Shown piece by piece: positions 45,355 through 57,300 of a stretch of 64,000 bases of DNA. Origin of the DNA: Lingula anatina (Eukaryota > Animalia > Brachiopoda); contig CM120645.1 of NCBI GenBank assembly GCA_051362555.1, forward strand, positions 8,804,001-8,868,000, written 5' to 3'. A program made the position numbers and the translations under genes. The notes under the pieces are model-generated. The model saw nothing but the letters and a program-made list of their open reading frames with translations. It was not told the DNA's origin and did no database searches. Position 1 is the stretch's first letter, and each line of letters starts with the position of its first letter.

Positions 45355-48300
45355 TTTATTTCTTAAAACCGCACTACACTAGCGTCTCAGTGCTGTTTAC
45401 AGGTAAAATTATTAGGATTACAACTTATTATATATATAATAAAAGCTAAGGTAAAAAAAACAAAACAATTAAAATAATTAAAACTGGTTAAAATAGTAAT
45501 GGTCTGAACAATAAAACTTTTTTTCTGATAAAATGAGAAGATATTAATTAAAATACTGTGCAAATAAGAATGTTTTTAAATCTTTTTTAAAAACCTCAAC
45601 ACTGTCAATAGTCAGAATGTGTGAGGGTAATTGATTCCATAAAATTGGTGCTGAAATTGAAAATGCCCTGTGGCCGTAGGTTTTGGTTGTTTTTTTATTA
45701 TCATTTCTGATAAAACAAGGAGTGGAGGTGGATCTGGTAGACCTGGTGAGACTGGGTGTACTTGGATGTAGCATCGAGTTAAAATATGAGGGGCATTCAC
45801 CTCTAGTGAGGGGCATTCACCTCTAGTGAATTTAAAAACAAACAATATATCTGGATCCACTCCTGCATGCAGTGAAGACAGCCTCATTTTGGGTTCTGTC
45901 ACATGTTCCCTGTTGATATTTGATAGTGGGAAAACACAAAACCTAAAATTACATTGTATTCCTAGGACTCTGAAATTATAGACAAGGAAGATGAGAACGA
46001 GAAACAGCAGGTTGTGGTAGATTTAAATCAGTTTCGACACTTTTTCAGGTAAGAATTAATTGCATAGATTACAATTTTTTTCATTGGTGTTAACATGGAT
46101 GAAAAAAATTGCAGTGATGAATTTAAAAAAAATTGTAATTTTGCCTTTTTCCTAAAAAAAACTCAAGAATCATTTTTTATAAATGAAATAAATAATTTTA
46201 CCTCTGAGTTACTGTAGATTATTTTAAAAATTGGTTTGTAAGACAGAATACTGTCATCAGTCATCTCAATTTGATATTTATCACATATGTATTTCTGATT
46301 ATTTAATGTGATTATTCATATTTTTAATTTATATCTTGAAAATGTAGAACATTTCGCAACTAACATTATTTGAAAACAAATGTCTGCCCTATTACTTATC
46401 TTTAAATTTATTATTTAGGGAACTGGACCTTGAGGTCTTCTCCATTCTCGGCACAGGAATGATAACCAAATCTGCCCTTGACTCACAACTCAACACCAGT
46501 GTAAGTTTTACCTCTAAAAATGTATTCTAATCATTTTGTTTAATTTAGAAATACACACAGGGAAGTTTGTTTTGAGGAACATGTTATTCATTGATGCAAG
46601 ATCATTTGAAATCAAACTTTGAAGCAGATTAGAATATTGCATATTAATTATATTTTGTGATTGCATAGCATTTTTTTCATATACAACTGTATATAAAGCT
46701 CTCCATTTTCAATACTAGTGTCTTGTAATCTTGTTGCTTGAATTTCAATATTATGACTTTAGGGGAAAGATTGTGAACCACCTTAATGAAATGTCCTAAC
46801 TGGGATTTTCTTACAAAATTAAATTTTCCTTGGAAGAAAAAAAAAAGGGAATTTTGTCCTAAGTCATTGCTCATCTCATCTGTGCACTTAGATTCATTAT
46901 TTTATACCATATTTTGTAATTCTGAATCAACTGGCTAGACACTTAGACTTCTACAGTCAACCGCATGCTTAAGAATAAAATGTTGACATAAAGTGCTTCT
47001 ATTTTAGGGATTTTCTGTTCTTTTTTTAAAGGTCTGAATTGGAAAACAGCTAAGTACGTTTGCATGATATGTAGACACAGAAAATATGGCTTTGGGACAT
47101 TTTCAAATGCGGATAGGATACCTCGAACATAAGACTAACATAATACCTGCTCTCGTAAATCCTGAATACCCATAAGCTTTGATTTCACCTAGGCCTCCTC
47201 TACCAACCTTTAATTTTTGATAACAAAAAATTATGGATTAAGAAAACAAGGAGGCATTCTTCAAACCTTATATTAATTCCTTACTATGTATGCTTTCTTT
47301 TGAAGCCATGCGATAGCTTTTAGTGGTAATAATTATGTTATCGTATATGACACACATGCGCAAAGAAATGTTATTTTAGACATGAATTGAAAATGTAGCA
47401 TTTCTTTTTTTATTGTGAAAGTTGTTTTTAATGTAAACATCTTAATATTTGATTACATTTACTTGGTATCAGATGACTGAAGGTACCTGTTAGTTTTTGC
47501 ATGGACTCCGATATAAAAGCAATAATTGCACCTGTCAGAATAAAAGTATTTCCCATATGATTCTTACTACAATATCTGTCAGGTAAATTATGGAGTAGTG
47601 GGTACTGAGCTGATTCAAAAGCTGGCACAAATTTTTTTGTCTGAGCAAAATTTTAAAAGATGCTTGTTAATGCAAATCTTAGATGATTTAATTCATTTTG
47701 ATACTCAGAATAAAAATAAATAAAAATGCATGATAATGTTGAAATGAATGTATAAACATGACTATTCTTACATGTTAAGCCACAGAAAAATATTCCTTTT
47801 GTTGGAATTTCTGTTTTCCTAAATATGCCTAAAGTGGGTATATAAATTTTATATGCAAGTATATATTCAGTTATGATATTTTCTAACTAATAAGTTAAAT
47901 TCATCTACTATATCACAGTACTGAAACAGTCACCCCTTCTGTTTCATTCTTCTTTGCTGTACTTGGCAACTCGATCTCCAAAGAGCTTGGCAGAGGATAT
48001 TTTTTCTTAAAATCGTCCAGCTTTCCGTCAATCATGGTCAGTCTTTTTTCATTGATGACCATGAGCTCTTTCTTTGTTTTTGGCAGCGTTTGTGATAAGG
48101 AGGGTAAATCACTAGAATCGAGGTGAAAATGTTTGGCAAGTACGGACGGTGGGACTGATTTTGGTCTGCTGCACAATGGTTTCTTTCCAGAACTACATGA
48201 CTCCATGGTATCTTCTTCAGCAGAACTATGTTCCATTTCTTTATTTGTAAATCCAGCATGGCTTACGCTTCTTTCATCTGCAAAATGTACCCGTGTTGGA

Positions 48301-51300
48301 GACCGAGGTTGACCAGTGCTCGATTTTTTGGAACAGGTGACTTTGACACATTTAGGTTCTTTAAGTTCTTTGTCCATTTTCTCTTTGGCTAGTCTGCGCA
48401 GGGCCTGCAGCCTTTGCATCATGTTTGCATATTTTCCGAGAAGATTTGTAGTTTTTGGTCGGTCATTTTCCATGGTTGGTGTTTCATTAGCAGGCTGTTG
48501 TTTGGGGTCATGCCCCTTGAGAATTGTTCCTCTGTTTGCCCCATCTTTGCTCATGGTGAGACTTGTGGTGGCTGGAGCGGACTGACTCCGTGCCACCCGT
48601 ATTCTGCGCAACGTGTGCGCCACAGTGCTATTTCGTTCATGGCTTGCACTAGAACTCCCTTGGTCTGATTTCACAGATGAAGATCTCCTCATTCTCCCCT
48701 GGTTCAGCTGTTTCTGTATTTCTCTGGTACAGGGCTTGGGCATGTTCATTTGGCTGAGTGAAAATGGATTCTTCAGCCCCAGCCAGGCATCCCTTCGCAC
48801 TGTCCTTGGTATTCTTACGATTGGTTCTTTTCCCGTCCCTTCTTTCTGAGAATCCAAATCCACTCCTTTCATCCAATACGTGATTTGTTTCTCAATGTTG
48901 GACAACCGACTCTGCAGGCGACCCTCTTCGTAGTTGTTAAGGCGCCATGCATGTTGGACTCTTGACGAGCTTACGCTCGGTCTCTCTTTCTTCGGTGGCA
49001 TGTTATATCAATATTCCTTGATTGAAAGGGTATTTATTACTAATCTGTGCATCGTTTTGATTTTCCTCTTCGGCTGTGAAGGATGTGTCTGTATCTCCTC
49101 ATTTGTTAGCATTATTGACGCAAGGTTCCTAACTTCACAATGGATTCACAGTACAGGGATAATACTCACTATTTCCTACAAGGTCTTGTCTTATAAACAG
49201 GATTGGTATTGATTAACTTAAAAGGGAAATGTAAGATCCTTTGTCTGTTGTTTGACTAGCATAGTAGCCATTTGGAGATTGTTTTCCTGCTTTCTTTTCA
49301 TCCTCTTGGTATATCATTTATTTATTCCGGATTGGCATTCCATATTCAATTTGACAGTTCAGCCATACTGGAAAACATGACTTCACTTTGAAAATTAAAA
49401 TCAGCTTTCAGTCCTCAACTCAATGTCCATCTTGTAAAACTTGTAAGGTGTAGCGTAGATTTGAATGTTATTTCCCACCTTATTTAAACTTTTGACCAGG
49501 TGTCAAATTTCATTTTTCTTTTATATTAAACAAGTTAAATGAGTTGTTCAGTCCATAGCGTTACATCAGTAGCTGTATTCAATTTGAAAAACTTCTACAA
49601 TATGTGGTAAATGCCCTTGATGAATAAATGCCCTTGCTTGTAAATGTATCTGATTAACTTAGCTGTTTTCCATGTTGCTCTTCAGAATACTTTAAGATTT
49701 CACCATCAAATTTGCTACGGATTAATATTTTCCAACCTGTCCGATATGGATCCCGAGTTAGATTACCACTGTATAAAAGCAGGGACATAGTTTTGTGCCT
49801 ATAGGCACTTAGCAGCAACAAGAGATTATTTCATAATTTTGCACAAATGACCTTTGTGTTTTGACAAGCGTCTAGCCAGAAAATGAACAGGGCAGCGTAA
49901 ATTAGGACCATATGAACCCCCCTTTTGGAATTTAGAAATCACAGCAAGTTCGCTGCTGAGTGAATTGGCATTGGTGTTCATTGTGGCGGAAGCCAGCAAA
50001 CACGGGAGCCTTTGTCAGGGTATTGTTTGACGAAAGAGCGTTTTGTTGTGATTTAGATAGAGGGCAGGAGTGTAGGCTAGTAACCTAATCTGCTTTGATG
50101 AGATCTCTTACAGTTTGCCTTCCAGTCCAATCGGCCGTTTAATGAGCTCTTTGTCGTAATCAATACACTCAGCCATTTAAGGGAAAATATTGAAGTACAA
50201 TATTTTCATTAGGATATAATTTAGTGAAATAGAGTTAAAAAGCAAAGGATTGTGTTTCATGTGCAAAAGCACTTCCATTCATGTGAGGATTTGCATGCAT
50301 TTCAGTCTTATATAATTTTTGGTAAACTAAATCCTCTGTAGGTAAATACTCTGACGTTTTCACACCTGTAAGGTGAGAGGACATTTGAAACACATATTGC
50401 CCAGTTAATTTTGATTAACATATAAAAAGTCATGTAATACTTATTTGAAAAACCTGTCGTGAAAGCATGTTATGCCAGTTATGGATCTTATTTAAAACAT
50501 ATTTGAACCCAGAATAATATTAATTGCATCTCAGAGTCTATCAAAAAAGAAAAACCATAAAATTATATAACTCAGGGATTTCTTTACAGCTTTAAGTATT
50601 TTAAGATCATAAACAGGTAATATATTTTTAGGTACACACAAACAAAAATGTTTATTAAATTATATATTAATAAAAAGTCAGGATTTAAACTAGCTGATTT
50701 TTGACTGAGATTATACAGTAGAAGGTATTGCTTCCTTAATCCCAACAACATTTTATTGTTAGCCATTCACTACAGGGTTTGACCATCCTTTACATGAAAA
50801 ATAAAAAACAAACCTTTTTTTTTTGCAAAAGCCTTCCTCAGTATTATTTTCTTATTTCCTTGCTACAATACCCCTTTGAAGGGTTGATAAAGAATTTCAA
50901 CAATAATTGGTTTAGTGAATTACAGTAGTTGTTTTTAAACCCAAGTGTCCTGCAGAATGAAACTTCACTACATCTCCAGCCACCCCAGCTAGAATTTTTA
51001 TTGAAAAAATCTGTCCAAGAGAATTATATTTTTATTATAATATTAATTTTATAATTCCATGTTCTGCAGGATGAGACCACACTGCAGCTCCAGCCACCCC
51101 AGTTAGCATTTCTCCTTGAAGATCTAACCAGAAAACTTAGTCACAGCCTCATAGCCTCTGCCTCTAAGAGGAGGATGTTTCTCAAGGTAATGTGTACTGG
51201 GGGAGGGGTTAAAATTGATGGTGGTAGTGTACTAGTAGTGTTTGGGGAGGAGGGGGGGGGGGGGTTAAAATAGAACTGCCTTTTTTTCTGTGAGAGGTAT

Positions 51301-54300
51301 GTATGCTTTAAATCAATTTTATCTTGTACGTGCTATTTCATATTTTCTATAATTTGGTCACTAAGGATGGGGGAAAAGCCCTCTTTAAAAAAAAAAGACT
51401 TTTGACATGGCAGGCTACAGGTGGACATTGCACAAATGTAACTGAGGTAGTTTCAATAATGGATGTGAAAGAGTATCATCTATTCTAATTTTAAGATCAT
51501 AAGTTAGTTCTGAATATGTGAATAGAAAAATTAGTTTTTAAGATTTAAGTTGTGGTAAATAAACCCTCTTTTAAAATAGATACATAAATAAATATGAAAG
51601 ATATCTACATGTAATTATTATGAGGCATATTGCAGTGGATTTGGAGCTTTGAATCTTTGTAACAGTTAAATGTGAATTGATTTTGTTTTAGGTAAAGGGT
51701 TCCAAGAATGCAGGTTTTTCCCACCTGGACCATCATTCAGCCAGCAGCGTGGCCAAGAAAGTGGTTCTGTTACTGCCAGCACTTTGTGATCACTTGGGGG
51801 CTGCCTCTGGGTTCTTTGAGGTACGTGTTATCGTACCACCAGCGTAGGCACTGGCGGTACCCATGGTTTTAGTCCCAACCCGTCTTGTCCACCAGCTCTG
51901 CCGTATCCACCCTCATTTCACCATTACCACTTCTCCTCCTAGACTACAAGGGCCTGTGTCTCCATCTTTGGATTTAGGTCACACATAATCTCAACTCGTT
52001 CCAGGTGATTTTGGGCTGTGTCAGTGCACTGGTCTAATCTGTTATTTAGATGGATGGCAGGGCAGATGAGTGACAGACAGACAGCCAGTCAGATAGACAG
52101 TTATTACATATAATACCTATTATACTTGTATCACATGAACACATGTATGAAACGAATATCTAGAATAAATCTGGAAGAGATTTTATGATTTTTTACGAGA
52201 ATTATGACAGTCTGGTAATATTTTTGGTTGTTGAAATGGATCCAAAAAACAACCACATTTCTCTTACATTTTTTTTTATGTTTAAGGGTGTCTTGAGGTT
52301 TGTTTTCTGTTCTGTTTCTAGGCTCTCACCAGTGCTAATGATGGTGTGATTGATGGTCCAGGCAGCATGAGTGAAGAAGCCATCTTGATGGGCACTTGTT
52401 TTCAGCATCTTCTCCAGGTCTTGCTAACTTTCTTCTCTTGGTGAGCAATTTTTTTCCTAAATCATTTGTAATTGTTGGACTCATCTTTTTCATCTAAAAA
52501 CTTCTATTTTGTGATAAGTAATATTTAACATTTATTTTGGTTGCTAAGATTTTGTAATGTCTACATTTCCTAGTTTCAGTTACAGAAGTAAGACAACATA
52601 TTAATTCTTGAAGTATCTGATTTTCTCTGTCAAATTATGTAGCAAATTCAAATGGCCACAATGTGCTTGGGGAGTTGGTATTTTTGGTAGCCCCCCTCCC
52701 CCCCTCCATACATACACATTTAGAATGTATGTGGAGCAAATTATATATTTATTGTAGTATAATTATTATAATGATGGAAAAAGTATCAGCCATTGGTCAA
52801 GATTCTTTGATGGAGGGTTGAAACACCATACCATATACTAGTTAAAAAAAAAGATTAAAAATTTAAAAAAAAACAAACAAACAAAAACAATAAACATTTT
52901 AGATTCTGCAAGAACAAATTAGTACTTTTACAAGTACTCGTTTTTTTTTCAGGAATGGCTTTGTAATGGCAGAACATAAACCGTTGCTGAAGGAAGGTCT
53001 GGTGGTACTGGCAAGCAGGATGAAAGGAGCTGCAGCCAAGAATATGACTTTCCAGGAACTACTGAAGTAAACTTCATGTTTTGCTTGCTACCTTCAGTCT
53101 GCAAGTAGCTGCTGGCTCAATGCCATCTACCTGAAATTTTTGAGCTGGGGCATCAAATTTTTTATTTGTTGTTTGTTATGGACAACTGTTTCTGTTGTGG
53201 TCACATAGATTCCTACTTAGTACAATTCTAAGTGCTGGTCAGTTGAAAAGTCCATATTCTTAATTTTGCCTGGATGAACTTTATTATCTTTTAACAATTT
53301 ATTTGCCGTGTTAACTTTTATGGATCAGCTTTTTCTTAATAAATCTTCTTTAAAAGGATGTTTTGAAAGCAAAAAATGTGCACTGTAGATCAAATCTTAT
53401 ACTTTTGCTTGTTTACTTTTAGATTGATTAAAGTTCAATAAAGATAGACATAGGCATATTAATTTGCTTGAGCAAATACTTTAATGCACTATTCACTGTA
53501 CATATTATTTTGATTTAATTACTGTTTATATTATAATTATATGCTGAGTTAAAAGCTGCATAAAAAATATATTGTAGCTTTTGAAAATCCTTGTCAAGTG
53601 TCAAGCCATTAAATTGCCCCTTTCAAACCCACCTACTATCCTAAGGGTCTCATTTTGTAAATGTTCATTGCAGGCAAAATTTTCAGTATTTGGAGAACTT
53701 TTCCGGTTTTGTTCCAAACTTGATGACGGCAGTGACTCTGGTGAAACTTCTCGTCGTGATGGCGGAGAAAGGAGACAGTGGACAGTATGGTGCTGCTATA
53801 GGTACAGTTTGATTTAAAATCCCATTCAAGTTTTACATAATTACAGAAAAAATTGAAATATTCCAGATAAAAAATTCACATGTATTGAATCTGAGTCATT
53901 GGAATTGGTGTGCAGCAGGTTGCTGTGTAGAATTTTGTTGTATTCAGTCACCTAATTTTTGATTGACAGCTGGAATGGCGCAGGAGTTCTTGAAGAGGGA
54001 GTGGTTGGGAGAAGACGGACAGAAGCCAAAAGGAGCAAAACATAACGAGATGCTGCAGGGGCTGATACAGTGAGTTAGCATTATAATTACTTCTCCTGAA
54101 CAGGTCATGTGTTTGCTTTGCCGTTTTTGGTTTGTCTGTTTGTTTGATAGCAGCAATATTGACAAACTTGGACGCATTTTGACAAAATTATCAGAAAAGC
54201 TTCAAAATGGTCATACTGTGTACACAAGTGATTAATTAATGAATTCACTTTTGTGACAGAAGTGTGTTCTTCCTGAGTGGTTTTCGGTTTAATAACATGG

Positions 54301-57300
54301 TATACTACTCAATCTCAGATCAGGGATTTTTCTTCAAATGGTGTCACTAAAAATGAATTTCTTCTTTCTTTCCATAAGCTGGGGAAAACTAATGAAACTG
54401 ATCAACAGAGAAACCTTATAATCTGACTCAGTTTGAAATGTACTATCTATATCTAACATATTTTCTACATGTCCATCAAAATGTTGCCATCGAAACTTTT
54501 TCTCTAGGAACTTTTTCCTTTTAATTAAGAAATTTGAGGATGAGTGTATTGATATAATATACATGTTTATATAAAATTTCAACATATTCGTCCAGGATGT
54601 ACCTGAGTAATTCTGAAGATGTCCTGAGTGCTATAGAGCACCTGTCCACTACGGCTATTCCCGAGCTGGTCCAGTCAGACAAGAATGCTCAGTCAGACAC
54701 CTATCCTACACTGACCAGGTATGTTTTATGATCATTGTAATAATTGTATGATAATGCTTGCAAATACCACATAAAGTGCAAGAATTTCAGAGTGTATTTT
54801 TGCGACATAACCAAAAGTAAATTGTTTTGTAGAATATTATTATTATTATTATTAGGTCAATTTATTTAAATTAAAGGAGTATTTATACTGTCATATTAGA
54901 TTTCCTTAATCCTCATGGCTGGAGAGTGAAGCCAACTTTAAGTTAGTATTTTGATTTTTTAGGAATTCCTTCGGAGTGTATTACCGAGTGATTCTCTCAG
55001 AATTGGTTGTTGTGGTGAGAGGAATTCCTGCAGGAAAGCCATCTGATTCTACACAGGTAAGGGGAATATTATTTGGGATTTTCCTTTGGGACATATTTAT
55101 GTATTTCAGATGCTTGAGATTTATATTTAATTGTACTTATAATATTAATCAACCCAAGCCCATAGCCAGATTTGGAGGGGGGGGGGTCACTGGGCTCAAA
55201 TGAACTCCCTTTTTGATGGGAAAAGGTCGGCTCCGGGTAAAATTTGATCTAGGTACTGCACAAAGATTTCATGATAAAAGGTACACATTTTCAGGAAAAG
55301 AACACCCACCTTCCACCCCCAATTGGCTGCAGACATGCAGCCAAATGATGGAACAGAGGTTCCTCAACATAACTGTTACAATAACGGTAGTGTCTTATGA
55401 GTCATGGTACATGTCTCATTATTACCATTTTATATCAATTTTAGGTCAAAGTTGATAAGTTGATTCGCTGGAACCTTGCTGTGAGGACATTTCACATATT
55501 GGTCAACTTAATCAAGGTAAACTCACACTATGTTACACACTTTGTTCTGGACACCAGTTTGTCTGGCTATCAATGGTCAGCCACTCTTTCATGTGACCAG
55601 TTGGACCTTTTTGAACTAAGTATGGTCGTTTTCACAGCAGATAATCATAGACTAACTGATCTGCAGACTAAATATGGCTGACCCCACTAAAAAGCAATGT
55701 CGCCTAATCCCCTGATGGTCTCCCTGCCTCCACATGTGCCATCTCTGCTGGGCCTAGCAATTAAACCTTAGAGTTCGGATTAAATACCATCAGTGGCATG
55801 TGTGGAGGGAGGGAAGCCATCAGGAGATTAAATGGTACATGTACTAGTACTAGTTGGGATTGGCCTTATTTAGTCTGTGCATTGGTTAGTCCCTGATCAA
55901 CTTGTTCAAAATGCCCTCTTAGGTGTAAACAATGTTGGATTTAACTGAAAAGAAAAGACAATAGCAGTTTGGCTAAATATGTTTCATATAATTGAAATTC
56001 ACTGTAATTTTTAAAACTATATGTGAATGTAAACGTCTTTCTTTCAGGTATTTGATGCTAGGGGGAACCTGACCTCAATATTCAAGGTAAGAATATGGGT
56101 CAAACTGCATAGAAAAAATGTACGCCATAGCTTTTTCAGTGGAACTTTTTGATGATACATGTATTGTGGGATTTTCTTATGGAAATTCCTAATAATTCTG
56201 TGCTACATGAAGCAATTTAAATGCCAAAGACATTGAGGATGTTGATTTTTGTCACACATGAGTGCTAGATGTACTTAGATTTATACACTGTACATGTACC
56301 GGTACAAAGCAGCTGCAAAGTACAGCACAACAATACAATAACAACATTAATATGATACAATACAATATAATATCATGATTAAACAATAATTTGCATTGTT
56401 TCAGTATGGTCGCTTGTTTGTTGAGGTATTTCTACGCCAGGGTATGCCATTGCTTGACCACATGTTCCGCCATCACAAAGATGATGTACAAAGTCTGCTG
56501 AAGAACCTTCAACTGAGTACGCGGGCCATACATCACATGTGCGGACACTCAAAGGTAAACTTTTTGAAAAAAGAAAAAGACAGAAGAAAATTGTTACTCA
56601 AAGTCATATGGCATGATAGGTCAGATTCTGTTTTAATATTGGAACAAATTATTGCTGTAACAGTAATAAAGAATGAGAAAATTATCAAAATGGCCTTGTC
56701 TTATCTAAAAATTTGTATTGATATATCTGAAGAATTGAAGGACAGTCACTGTTGTAGAAAGAAAAGATTGATGTAAACCATAATTAAAAGAAATGTCTAA
56801 TTTCTTGAGAGAGACCCTGATATAAAATACATTGCTCAAATAAGTTTATGAAGATTGTGTGTCATTTAGATGAGATACTACATTTATTTACTTTTTTCTG
56901 TTACTGGAATTAATAATGTAAATATTTACTTTTATTTTTGTTACTGACTTAACTATGAAATCCCAATATCAGAATCAAAAAGGATTTATTGTATAATTCG
57001 TATATATTTGAAATCTTTCGTTCAGATAGTGAAAGACATCAGTCTGACCAACCAAGTGCCCCCCATGAAAAGATGCTTGGAGCTGTTTGTGTACAGGGTC
57101 AAGGCCATGCTGACAGTCAACAAGTGCTTGGAGGCATTCTGGATGGGCAACCTGAAGAATAGGGATCTACAGGTACAGTAACGCTCAGTTAAAACACTGT
57201 TGTTTGACTATCTTCAGGTACAGTAATGTCCAGATAAAACACTGCAGTTTGACCATTATTGTTATTTCTGAATTTGGTTGTATCAAGTTGTGCTAGACAA

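Noticed and set aside
47913-49001. Naming the nested gene FANCD2OS
   Set aside because: There is no recognisable similarity to the vertebrate protein as I recall it, and the length and position differ.
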